Assembly (NCBI GenBank): GCA_051859245.1
Contig: JBHYGA010000006.1
Location: 32,001-96,000 of the forward strand
Direction of reading: 5' to 3'
Length of the DNA stretch: 64,000 nt
Origin: Gemmatimonadaceae bacterium
GTDB lineage: Bacteria; Gemmatimonadota; Gemmatimonadetes; Gemmatimonadales; Gemmatimonadaceae
The position numbers and the translations under genes were made by a program. The notes under the pieces are model-generated. The model ran no database searches. It was not told the origin of the DNA and saw nothing but the letters and a program-made list of their open reading frames with translations. Below, one piece after another: positions 36,304 through 45,494 of this stretch. Each line of letters starts with the position of its first letter. Position 1 is the first letter of the stretch.

Positions 36304-37731
36304 GTGTTTACTCCGCTTCTGCTCGCCGCCGCGCTGGTCGTTGACGCCGACTGCTCGTTGACCCTCTCTCGGCTCGCGACGAAAGTCGTGGCCAACTACG
36401 CTGGCTATCACCTCGAGGTGGTGGGCGCACGTCGTGTTGCGTACGACTCGATGCTTCGCGCACTTCAACCGCGCGCGGCGTCCGCCGCGGTCGACCAATG
36501 CCTTCCGGTGCTACGCAGCTACATCGCCTGGTTCAACGATCCGCACCTCGCGATCATCGAATCCACGAACATTGACAGCGCGGAAACACGACGACGCTCG
36601 GGCAGCATCAGAACAATCGCGTTGACTGAAGCCGAGGTGCTTCGTGGCCTGAGGGCACGCAGCACGATCGATCCAATTGAAGGCATCTGGTATGATGGGT
36701 CGATGCGTCTGGCAATTGTACCGGACCCAGACGCGGCACGCGGCACGTTCGCCGCGGTGGTTGTGGCGAGCGACACGATCACGTTGCCAATTGGTGCTGT
36801 GCGCGGGACCTTCACACGCCAACCTGATTCGACCTACGCGTGGACGCTCCACACGCGCAAGCTGGCGCGTCAATCGGGAACCGCCACGATTCACCGACGA
36901 AGCATGCTGCGGTTATCGCCAGGCATGTGGGGAAAGACCGCGCCGCTCGCGCCAGCCGATACGGGATGGCTTGATCCTGCTGATGTGCACCGTGCGACGC
37001 TTCGTGCGTGGGACGATGTTGTCGTCATCTCGATTCCCTCGCATGACTATGCGTTCAAGGCGCACTTTGACAGCCTGCTCACCGCGAATCGCAGCACGCT
37101 GGCTTCCGCGCGACGTCTGATCGTCGATCTCCGTGGCAACGAGGGCGGTGGATCGCAAATGATTGCGCGACTTCATCCATACCTCGTGGGCGATTCACTA
37201 CGCCGCGACGGATTTGATCAAACGGAGGCCGTGATGTGGTCATCTCCGGATCAGATTGCGTATGCACGCCGTGCATTCGGTGCAGATACGAGCGCGTTCG
37301 TCAGGCGCCTCGTGGCGGCACTGGAAGCGGCTCCCGGCACGCTGGTCCCGATGTACGATTCGTCGGTGCCAGCTCCCATGCCGCGCCCGATCATTCCGAT
37401 TTACGGGCCACGTCGAGTTGGCGTACTGATTGACGGCGGCACCGTCAGCGCGTCGGAAGTGACGGTGCAACTCGCGAAGCGCAGCGGACGTGCGATTGTG
37501 TACGGCGAACGCACGGCCGGTGCACTCGACTATCAGAGCACATCATTCACGCGCTTGTCACCGGACGAAAATCGGTGGCTGCTGTTGTATCCCACGATCA
37601 CTGCGTCAGCCAAACTGCCGGCTGGTGGAATGCGCGGCGTTGGAATTGCGCCTGACGTCAGCGTTCGTTGGTCCATGATTGGCGATCCAATCGCGCACAT
37701 CGCGGAACTGCTGCGCGCGAAGAACGAGTGA
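36304..37731 (+). CDS. S41 family peptidase (secreted)
   Basis: FNDPHL, LIVDLRGNEGG, TVSASE, GERTAG, GIAPDV; GTG start with hydrophobic leader. Confidence 0.85.
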   Translation: MFTPLLLAAALVVDADCSLTLSRLATKVVANYAGYHLEVVGARRVAYDSMLRALQPRAASAAVDQCLPVLRSYIAWFNDPHLAIIESTNIDSAETRRRSGSIRTIALTEAEVLRGLRARSTIDPIEGIWYDGSMRLAIVPDPDAARGTFAAVVVASDTITLPIGAVRGTFTRQPDSTYAWTLHTRKLARQSGTATIHRRSMLRLSPGMWGKTAPLAPADTGWLDPADVHRATLRAWDDVVVISIPSHDYAFKAHFDSLLTANRSTLASARRLIVDLRGNEGGGSQMIARLHPYLVGDSLRRDGFDQTEAVMWSSPDQIAYARRAFGADTSAFVRRLVAALEAAPGTLVPMYDSSVPAPMPRPIIPIYGPRRVGVLIDGGTVSASEVTVQLAKRSGRAIVYGERTAGALDYQSTSFTRLSPDENRWLLLYPTITASAKLPAGGMRGVGIAPDVSVRWSMIGDPIAHIAELLRAKNE

Positions 37732-37778
37732 TGTAGTACACGTTCGATTTCCGGCGCGAACGAAGAGTTGAAACGACA

Positions 37779-37811
37779 AGTGGCCCGGCGAGACAACGTC
37801 GCCGGGCCACT
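37779..37811. terminator. Hairpin between convergent S41 gene and flgE (likely terminator)
   Basis: AGTGGCCCGGCGA / TCGCCGGGCCACT 13-bp perfect stem; weak T tract on the minus side. Confidence 0.7.
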
Positions 37812-37831
37812 CGTCACACTACGGCACTACC

Positions 37832-39352
37832 TTACCGCTTCACGTTCATCAGTTCCTGCAGCATTTCATCCGACGTCGACACGACCTTGCCGTTCGCCTG
37901 GAAGCCGCGCTGCGCGACGATCATGCTCGTGAACTCCTGCGCGAGGTCAACGTTCGACATTTCGAGTGCACCGGCCGTCATCTGCGACTGTGAGCCCTCG
38001 AGTGCGAAGCCGAGCACCGCGCTGCCGGAGTTGGCCGACTCCTGATACATGTTGTCACCAACGCGGAGCAAACCAGCCGGGTTGTTGAAGTCGGCGAGCA
38101 CGATCTTGCCCAACGGTGACGTGGTGCCGTTGGTGAAGAAGCCGGTGATCAAGCCGAAGCGGTCGATCGAGAAGTTCTGCAGCGAGCCGGCCGTGTAACC
38201 GTCCTGATCGCGCAGTACGGCCGTTGATGCCGTTGACGCGAACTGCGTGAGACCGTTCACGCCACCAGCAAGCTTGATATCAACCTGCACCGGATTCGCA
38301 CCAGGCACGGCGAAATCAATCGCGGCTGTGATATTCGTAGTCATGACACCAGTCGGGTCGAACGTGAGTGTTCCACCGTTCACGCCCGGGTCCGCCGCGG
38401 TTGGGCTCATGAAGTACGACACTTCAATCGCGGAGTCGGACGGCATGTTGGCCGTGAACGACACACCCGGCGGCGGGCCAGCCGTGAACGACCAGGCAGC
38501 GGGCGATTCGTAGTTCGCGCCGGTCGGGCTCGTGACACGCACATTCTCTGGCAGGATTTCATAGCCAGCGGGCGGCGTTGGCAACTCGATCGCCGTGGGC
38601 GGCGAGTTGGAATCCGTCTCAAATGTCTGACGCGATGCACTCGTAGCTGGATCGAGCTGCCACGACCATTCGTTCGCGCCCGTCTTCCACATCTGAATCT
38701 TCACGTCGTGCTTGGTGCCTTGCGAATCGTACACGGCAATCTGCGTTTCCGTCCACGCCTTTTCATTGGACGGCAGCGCGCGATCCGCCGGATCAAGGAA
38801 GTCGCCCTGAAAGATCGGCGACGACGCATTGAGGTTACCGGCAAGCGTGACTTCGCTCGTGGGACGCGCAGACACTTTCTGTCCGAACGGCAAACGGATG
38901 TCCTGAATACCGTCCTGCAGCAATCCGTTTTCGTACATGCGACCCTGCACCACGAAACCGTTGGTTGGCGACACGAGCTGTCCGAGCGCGTCTACCTGAA
39001 AGTTTCCTGAACGCGTGTAGAAGCTCTGGTTGCCTTTACGCACAACGAACAGTGAGTCACCCTGAATCGCGATGTCGGTGCCAAGACCGGTCGTTTCAAT
39101 GTTGCCCTGATTGAAGATCTGATCGATGGAGCCGATCTGCATACCAAGTCCGATCTGAATCGGATTGATACCACCCTGATCTCCAGGCGGACGGCTCGCG
39201 CCCTGCAGCAGCTGAGCGAAACCTTCTTTGAACGTGACACGGCCTGCCTTAAATGCGACGGTGTTGACGTTTGCGATGTTGTTACCGATGACGTCCATGC
39301 GAACCTGATGATTGCGCAGGCCCGATACACCGGCGAAGAGAGAACGCAGCAT
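37832..39352 (-). CDS. flgE: Flagellar hook protein
   Basis: MDVIGNNIANVNT, YTRSGNF, VYDSQG, LEMSNVDLAQEF, QRGFQAN. Confidence 0.96.
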   Translation of the reverse strand: MLRSLFAGVSGLRNHQVRMDVIGNNIANVNTVAFKAGRVTFKEGFAQLLQGASRPPGDQGGINPIQIGLGMQIGSIDQIFNQGNIETTGLGTDIAIQGDSLFVVRKGNQSFYTRSGNFQVDALGQLVSPTNGFVVQGRMYENGLLQDGIQDIRLPFGQKVSARPTSEVTLAGNLNASSPIFQGDFLDPADRALPSNEKAWTETQIAVYDSQGTKHDVKIQMWKTGANEWSWQLDPATSASRQTFETDSNSPPTAIELPTPPAGYEILPENVRVTSPTGANYESPAAWSFTAGPPPGVSFTANMPSDSAIEVSYFMSPTAADPGVNGGTLTFDPTGVMTTNITAAIDFAVPGANPVQVDIKLAGGVNGLTQFASTASTAVLRDQDGYTAGSLQNFSIDRFGLITGFFTNGTTSPLGKIVLADFNNPAGLLRVGDNMYQESANSGSAVLGFALEGSQSQMTAGALEMSNVDLAQEFTSMIVAQRGFQANGKVVSTSDEMLQELMNVKR

Positions 39353-39388
39353 GTAGGAATATTCCTCTGGTGATAAGTGGCCGCAGAC

Positions 39389-40192
39389 TTAGCTGCGGAT
39401 CTGAAGCAGTGATGAGAACGGAACGCTCATGCGATCGCCGAGCAGCAATGTGGGAACGCCTTGTTCGTAGCGCAGTCCGGTAATACGTCCGCTGGTGTAC
39501 GTCTTGGCGGGGAGCCAGTTGGCCTGAGCGTCCGCCATGTCAAATCGATACGAATACTGACCAGGCTCGAGCGGCGGCGTGATGCCGAAGTCTTCGAGTT
39601 GAAACGACTGCATGCCTTTGCTGACATCGCCGATCACGTAGCTGCCGATTGCTTCACCTTTTGCGTCAACAACCGTGAGACGACCAATGCCTTCCTTCTC
39701 GCCAGTGTCCACGGTGATGGAGCCTTCACCATCGCGATCGACAAACACCTGATCACCCGCGACCACACCAGTGCGCCCGACCGTGTTAATCGCCATGGAC
39801 TGCTCAAGCAGTTTGGCCATTGCATCGCCCTGCGCGATCGTGATTTCACTGAGATCTTCAATCGCGTTGCCCAGCTCGACCTGGCTCTCGGCCACAACCT
39901 TCATGTTCGAGTTGATATCAATGAGCTGCTCAACCTGCGAGAACTGCGCGAGCTGTGCGGCCATTTCCTGGCCGTCCATCGGGTTGAGTGGATCCTGATT
40001 CTTCATCTGCGCCACGAGCAGCTGCAAAAACTCATTGCGGCCAAGCGCGTCGTTTTTCTTGCCAGTACCGGCCTCTTTCGGCGGCGTGGCCTCGGCCGGC
40101 GCCTGCACCGGCGCGTTCGGATCTGCCGCTGTGTTGTTAAAGCGCGGTGCAATCGCGGTTGGCGTGCTGATCGCGCGCGTGATGTCAAACAT
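39389..40192 (-). CDS. flgD: Hook capping protein
   Basis: EFLQLLVAQMKNQDPLNP, AQLAQFSQVEQ. Confidence 0.95.
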   Translation of the reverse strand: MFDITRAISTPTAIAPRFNNTAADPNAPVQAPAEATPPKEAGTGKKNDALGRNEFLQLLVAQMKNQDPLNPMDGQEMAAQLAQFSQVEQLIDINSNMKVVAESQVELGNAIEDLSEITIAQGDAMAKLLEQSMAINTVGRTGVVAGDQVFVDRDGEGSITVDTGEKEGIGRLTVVDAKGEAIGSYVIGDVSKGMQSFQLEDFGITPPLEPGQYSYRFDMADAQANWLPAKTYTSGRITGLRYEQGVPTLLLGDRMSVPFSSLLQIRS

Positions 40193-42282
40193 CAGTGATT
40201 CTCCTGCCGGTTGTTGCGCCGGCCCTGCTGGTGATTGCTCTCCTGCTCGTCGCGCGCATCGCGGCCCGGCTGCTGCTTGGCCGCTGGACGATCCTTCGTG
40301 CCCGAGTCGTGCGTGTGCTGCTGGCCCATCTGCTGTCCGTGCGACGCACCCGCGGTCTTGAGCACTTCTGAACGGTCAGCCATTGCCTGACGCATGGCGT
40401 CTCCTTCGCTGCTGCGTGCAGTCTGCTGGACGCGCAGCGGTTCTGTTTCCAGGCCGTGTCGGCCGAGTGCGTCTTGCAGGTCAGCCGTTTGCATGCGCAA
40501 CCGATCGGCGAGCGCCGCATTGTTGGTGCTGATCTGCGCGCCAACCGCGCCACCGCGCAGGTTCACGCGAATCTCTTCAGCGCCCGTTGGCGTGTCGATC
40601 TTCATGGTCAGCGACGAAACCGACGGCGCCGGCGCGTCTTCACGCAATACAGCGATCGCTTCCGCACGTGCGGCGGCAGTACTGCCGGCCGGTGCCTGCA
40701 CACGCGGTGCGCCGGCGTCGAGTACACGATCAACGCTTGCGTTGAGCGCACCGATGGCACTACCCGCATCGGCTACACTTGCCGCGCGATCAAGTCCACG
40801 CGCGCGTTCGCCGCTATTGCCGCGCGACTCACGGTCTGATGCGCTGCTCGTGCCACCCTGACGGGCGCGCCCCTGCGATGCAATCTCCGAAATGCGCGCA
40901 CCAAATGTGGACGCGGTGTCAGACGGGCGTGCGTTGTCGAACAGCGGTACGTTCTCGGCGTCGGCGCGTAGCGATCCCGCGCGCACGCCATTCCCCGGTC
41001 GAGCTACCTGTGCGACTTGAGCTACCTGCGCCACGTGTGCCACACGCGCAACGGATGCGACCTGTGCGATGCCGCCCATATTGGCGACGCGTGTGCTCTG
41101 TTCACGAACGCCATCTCGCAGCGAGTCATCGCCATGCAAGCCGTTCGCTGATCCGCGCAACTCCAGATGTCCAGGATCGCGCATGCCGAGCGTCTTTACG
41201 CCTTCTTCCGCGGCAATCGCGTGCAGGCGCGCATACGCGACCGGATGATTCCACTTGCCATCAATGATGACGTCGGCGGCTTCACCTGACTCGTGCGCAC
41301 TGTTGGTTGTCCAGGTGACGATCGGTCCTGGAGCTGTGCGCCCCTGCGCATACAGATGTTCCTGACGCTCCCCGGAACGCACGGTCTCGACCACCTGCAC
41401 ATCGTGTCCGAACTCGTCGCGCATGCGATCGACAATCCGGTCAAGGCGCGCACGGAACTCCGGTGCCAGACCCTCAATATCACGAACCGGCGTTGCCACG
41501 TTCTCGGCTGATTTTGCGACGGCGTTGGCGAACTCTGGACGCGCGGTCTCCGCGATGACGCGGCCACGCGGCGTGCCGGCGACATCAAGCAAAGCGTCGA
41601 GCGCCGCACGGACATCGGCCGCGCGCTGATCATTGCGCGCCATCAACTCACCGCGTCCACGGCCAGCTGCCCGCTCAGCAAGGGCCAGCAGATCCGCGTT
41701 GGCCATTCCCGTATTGTTCAACTCGCCCTCGTTCTGTGCGCCAGCGAGGGCTGCGGCCAACTCGGCGGCGCGACCCTTGGCGAGTCCGTTCACACCGCGT
41801 GCTGACTCACGTTCTCCAATAGAGGCTGCGGACCGATTCTCGACATTGTTGGAAACCAGAATCGCCCGTGCGGCACGCATCGCGTCGGACTGCAGCGCTC
41901 GCGCCAGTGCGCGCTGATCCGCGTCGGGCATCGAGGACGGTGTCTCAGCTTCCGACGTTGGCTGCTCGGATTCGCTTTCGTTGTCTACGGTGAGGACCTG
42001 CACGTCCGCATCGCTCTCTTCAGCGTTCACGTCGAGCGAGAGCGTGTCTGGTGCGGCATTGGCCGGGGGCTTCGGCGCTGTTCCGCCGAGCAACGCGAGC
42101 AGCAGCGAGAAGTCAGGCGGTGTGTGTTCGCGGTCCGCCTTGTCCGTACGCGACGTTTCATCGGCGCCCTCATTGCGCGACGCTCGTTCAGCCGGTTGCG
42201 GCCGATCGGTGTGTCGGGCACGAATGACCGAGGGTCCGGCAGAAGTTGCCGAAACGTTTGATGTAAACGGCAACAAGCTCAC
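40192..42282 (-). CDS. fliK: FliK-like hook-length control protein with internal M15 peptidase domain
   Basis: Canonical fliK position directly upstream of flgD; low-complexity N-terminus; C-terminal T3S4-like 'IRVNLRGGAVGAQIST...LQDALGRHGL' with Q-rich tail; central RSGERQ..LYAQGRT..SAHESGEAAD..DPGHLE. Confidence 0.8.
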   Translation of the reverse strand: MSLLPFTSNVSATSAGPSVIRARHTDRPQPAERASRNEGADETSRTDKADREHTPPDFSLLLALLGGTAPKPPANAAPDTLSLDVNAEESDADVQVLTVDNESESEQPTSEAETPSSMPDADQRALARALQSDAMRAARAILVSNNVENRSAASIGERESARGVNGLAKGRAAELAAALAGAQNEGELNNTGMANADLLALAERAAGRGRGELMARNDQRAADVRAALDALLDVAGTPRGRVIAETARPEFANAVAKSAENVATPVRDIEGLAPEFRARLDRIVDRMRDEFGHDVQVVETVRSGERQEHLYAQGRTAPGPIVTWTTNSAHESGEAADVIIDGKWNHPVAYARLHAIAAEEGVKTLGMRDPGHLELRGSANGLHGDDSLRDGVREQSTRVANMGGIAQVASVARVAHVAQVAQVAQVARPGNGVRAGSLRADAENVPLFDNARPSDTASTFGARISEIASQGRARQGGTSSASDRESRGNSGERARGLDRAASVADAGSAIGALNASVDRVLDAGAPRVQAPAGSTAAARAEAIAVLREDAPAPSVSSLTMKIDTPTGAEEIRVNLRGGAVGAQISTNNAALADRLRMQTADLQDALGRHGLETEPLRVQQTARSSEGDAMRQAMADRSEVLKTAGASHGQQMGQQHTHDSGTKDRPAAKQQPGRDARDEQESNHQQGRRNNRQENH

Positions 42283-42902
42283 GGTGTGGTGCTCGCTGGT
42301 GTTGTGGTTGCGGCCTTCGTAAGCGAAGCCGCGCGGGACGCGGGGAGCGCGGTCAACACGGCCGCTGCCTGGCGATCTCCCATCATGGAAAGAATCGTGC
42401 GGATGTCTTTGTCCGACATTTGCTCCAATACCTTGGCTGCATCTTTGGATGACATCGCGCTGAAAATCTTGGCGAGTCGACGTTCCGGCAGCACTTCGGC
42501 CACGGGCACCGCGGGTGCAGTTGCAGCCGGTGTGCCCTTCGCAGACGCGGTGACTTCCGGTGTCAGTGTTGCAGCGGGCGCGAGAGGTGGTGACACCGAA
42601 GGCGTGACGCCGGCCGTCTGCTGATTTCGCTCTGACACGAGCGCACGAATCGAATCTGCTGGAGTACTGAGTGCGTTGAGTGCAGAGTCGGCGCTCGCAC
42701 TATCGGCCTGCGCTTGCAGCGCGGCCTCTGCGAGTGCGGCGCTATCGGCCATGATGCTATCCATCCGGACCTTCGCGATCGAATCCTGCACCACAACATG
42801 CGCCGCGTACGTCGTACGCGAATGCATGACGGAGTAGCCAGCACTTCCGGCCAATCCGACCACGATCGCGAGTATAGCGGGGAGAATAGCGGTCTTGAGC
42901 AT
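42279..42902 (-). CDS. MotE/FlbB-like protein (MgtE N-terminal-like domain)
   Basis: N-terminal TM, RLAKIFSAMSSKDAAKVLEQM...ILSMM..RQAAAVL; between fliJ and fliK. Confidence 0.8.
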   Translation of the reverse strand: MLKTAILPAILAIVVGLAGSAGYSVMHSRTTYAAHVVVQDSIAKVRMDSIMADSAALAEAALQAQADSASADSALNALSTPADSIRALVSERNQQTAGVTPSVSPPLAPAATLTPEVTASAKGTPAATAPAVPVAEVLPERRLAKIFSAMSSKDAAKVLEQMSDKDIRTILSMMGDRQAAAVLTALPASRAASLTKAATTTPASTTP

Positions 42903-42913
42903 CAGGATGCGAC

Positions 42914-43450
42914 TCAGATGACCGGCGAAGCCGGCGGTGTAAGTGAGCGGTCGATGGCGAGCGGTTCGGACGAATCAGCGGGGGCATTCATGTCAGTGCT
43001 TCTACGCATGGATCGTGCCTGCGTGAATCGCGAGAGCGCGATTTCATCCATGTGCATTCGGTCGCGCTGTTGCTCGGCGTCAAACCAGCGTTCGGAATGC
43101 CGCTCCTTCAGGCGTCCGATCACGCGCCGATCCCGCGACGCGAGATGCAAGGCGGCTTGTGCTTCCGCAACCACGCGCTCGGCTTCCTGTACGTCATCCG
43201 AGGCACGGGCGAGGCGGTCATCGAGCTGGCCGATAATGAACGACAAATGATGCAGTTCTCCGGCCGTGATGACACCGCGTGCCGCGGCCTGCAACGTTTC
43301 ACGCTGCAGCTCACGAAGCGAGTGCATGGCCGCCTGCTGCCGCTTGCATTCGTTGGCCTGATCCGTTGCAGACGCGAGCGTGCGTGCACGGGCTTGCTCG
43401 GATTCTTCACGCAACTCAAGCACACGCTGCAATCGAAAGCGAAAACTCAT
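42914..43450 (-). CDS. fliJ: Flagellar export protein FliJ
   Basis: FRFRLQRVLELRE, LKER, MDEIA; coupled to fliI. Confidence 0.9.
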   Translation of the reverse strand: MSFRFRLQRVLELREESEQARARTLASATDQANECKRQQAAMHSLRELQRETLQAAARGVITAGELHHLSFIIGQLDDRLARASDDVQEAERVVAEAQAALHLASRDRRVIGRLKERHSERWFDAEQQRDRMHMDEIALSRFTQARSMRRSTDMNAPADSSEPLAIDRSLTPPASPVI

Positions 43451-44799
43451 GACGGTCTCCGCGTGGCATTGGCAATGGTGCCACCAAGCTGGGTCAGCGC
43501 CGCATACGTGTCGCCATACAGCGTGACGTCATCCGGTGCCTGGCGGAGAAAGCCAAGGGTTGCGTCCCGGTGCGCGATGGCCGCATCGGCGTACGGATCA
43601 CTTCCGCGCTGATAGGCGCCCACCATGATCAGGTCTTCCTTTTCGCGATATGCGGCTTCGAGGCGTTGCACTTCGCCGGCCGCTTCACGCTGCGCCGGCG
43701 AAATGATCGCGTCGCGCACTCGGCTCTTGGATTCCAGAATATCGATAGACGGGTAGTGATTCTGCGCCGCGAGTTTTCGCGTGAGTACGATGTGTCCATC
43801 GAGAATGGAGCGCGTGGCGTCGGCGACTGGTTCGTTGAAGTCGTCGCCATCCACAAGCACGGTGTAGATGCCGGTAATGCCACCGCGCGTGCCATTGCCT
43901 GCCCGCTCAAGCAAGCGCGGCAGATTGGCAAACACGCTGGGCGGATAACCCTTTGTTGTTGGCGGCTCACCCGTGGCCAGTCCGATTTCGCGCCAGGCCA
44001 TCGCTACGCGTGTCACGGAGTCGACCATCAGCAGCACCTGCTTACCCTGGTCACGAAAGTATTCCGCAATCGCGGTGGCAACGAGCGCACCACGCGCACG
44101 CACCAGCGCGGCCTGATCACCAGTGGCCACAATCACCACACTGCGCGCGAGTCCCTCTTCACCAAGTGAGTTGTCGAGAAACTCGCGTACTTCACGGCCG
44201 CGCTCACCAAGCAGCGCGATCACGTTGACATCCGCGCGTGCGTGACGCGCGATCATGCCAAGCATGGTGCTCTTGCCAACGCCGGAGCCGGCAAAAATTC
44301 CAACGCGCTGTCCGCGTCCAATCGTGAGCAGTCCATCAATCGCGCGCACACCCGTTTCGAGCGGACGATCGATTGTCTGGCGCTCCAACGGATTCGGCGG
44401 TTCAGCGGAAAGTGGTACACGATCCACTACATCAAGCTTGCCTTTGCCATCAATGGGATGACCCAGTCCGTTGAGCACGCGTCCGAGCAGTCCTGGACCG
44501 ACGTCCACGCCAAAGGAGCGGCCAAGCGGCTGCACAATGCTGCCCTGATGCAGTCCATCCATTTCGCCCAGCGGCATGAGCAACACGCCGCTCTCATGAA
44601 ACCCAACAACTTCCGCAAGCACCGAACGATCACGCGAGTGGCTGGTGACGCGACAGAGCGCACCCAAACCGGCCTCAAGGCCCGTGGCTTCAAGCACGAG
44701 TCCGACAACGCGCGTCACACGACCGTACGTGGCGAAGCGATCTACATCGGTAAGGCGCGACGCAAACGTATCTGCGGCGTGATGCAGTGCGGCGCTCAT
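43447..44799 (-). CDS. fliI: Flagellar export ATPase
   Basis: AGSGVGKS, GERGREV, MVDSVTR, GEPPTTKGYPPS, LDGHIVL. Confidence 0.96.
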   Translation of the reverse strand: MSAALHHAADTFASRLTDVDRFATYGRVTRVVGLVLEATGLEAGLGALCRVTSHSRDRSVLAEVVGFHESGVLLMPLGEMDGLHQGSIVQPLGRSFGVDVGPGLLGRVLNGLGHPIDGKGKLDVVDRVPLSAEPPNPLERQTIDRPLETGVRAIDGLLTIGRGQRVGIFAGSGVGKSTMLGMIARHARADVNVIALLGERGREVREFLDNSLGEEGLARSVVIVATGDQAALVRARGALVATAIAEYFRDQGKQVLLMVDSVTRVAMAWREIGLATGEPPTTKGYPPSVFANLPRLLERAGNGTRGGITGIYTVLVDGDDFNEPVADATRSILDGHIVLTRKLAAQNHYPSIDILESKSRVRDAIISPAQREAAGEVQRLEAAYREKEDLIMVGAYQRGSDPYADAAIAHRDATLGFLRQAPDDVTLYGDTYAALTQLGGTIANATRRPS

Positions 44800-45494
44800 G
44801 ACTGCACCTGTCCGAGCGCGCGGTAGGCCCGCTCCAGCGCGGTATCAATGCGACCGTCAAGCACACGTTCGCGTCCGTCCACGAGGCAACCGCCACGCAC
44901 AATGTGCGGATCGGCAAACCAGTGAATGGCGCGCTTCTCCGTTCCGACCAGTGCGTGCTGCGAAATGACCTCCTGCACAATGGCAAGATCGTCGGGGTGC
45001 AGTCGCACGGTGATCTGTCGCTCCATGGGGAACTGCTGCAACGAGCGCGTAACCAGATCGGTCACGACAGATGGTTCCATGGTGAGTTCGCGCTGAATCA
45101 GATGGCGGGCGATCGAGACGGCGCTTGCGGCAAGATTCTCCTCGATGTTGCCAAGCCAGCGCTGTTCGTGCGCCTGCACCAGCGACGTTGCGTCGATGAG
45201 CGCCTGCAGCACGCGCGATATCTGATCCGCGGCAGCGGTGTGCGATTCTTCAACGCCAGCGGCGTGACCACGCGCGTAGGCGTCCTTCTCGATGCGGGCC
45301 TTCATTTCTGCAACGCGCGCCGCAACTGCCGCCTCGAACGCCGCGTTGTCGAGACGCGGCTCCGGATCGGACTGCTCGGCGTGTTCGCCAATCGGCGTGG
45401 ACATGTCGATGGGCATGAACACATCTGGCACCTCGAGTTCGTCGAGGTACCACGCGGACGCGTTGTACGGCGAGAATCCGTCAGACAATGACAT
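44796..45494 (-). CDS. fliH: Flagellar assembly protein FliH
   Basis: AYARGHAAG repeat, VRLHPDD, GGCLV, LDGRID. Confidence 0.9.
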   Translation of the reverse strand: MSLSDGFSPYNASAWYLDELEVPDVFMPIDMSTPIGEHAEQSDPEPRLDNAAFEAAVAARVAEMKARIEKDAYARGHAAGVEESHTAAADQISRVLQALIDATSLVQAHEQRWLGNIEENLAASAVSIARHLIQRELTMEPSVVTDLVTRSLQQFPMERQITVRLHPDDLAIVQEVISQHALVGTEKRAIHWFADPHIVRGGCLVDGRERVLDGRIDTALERAYRALGQVQS

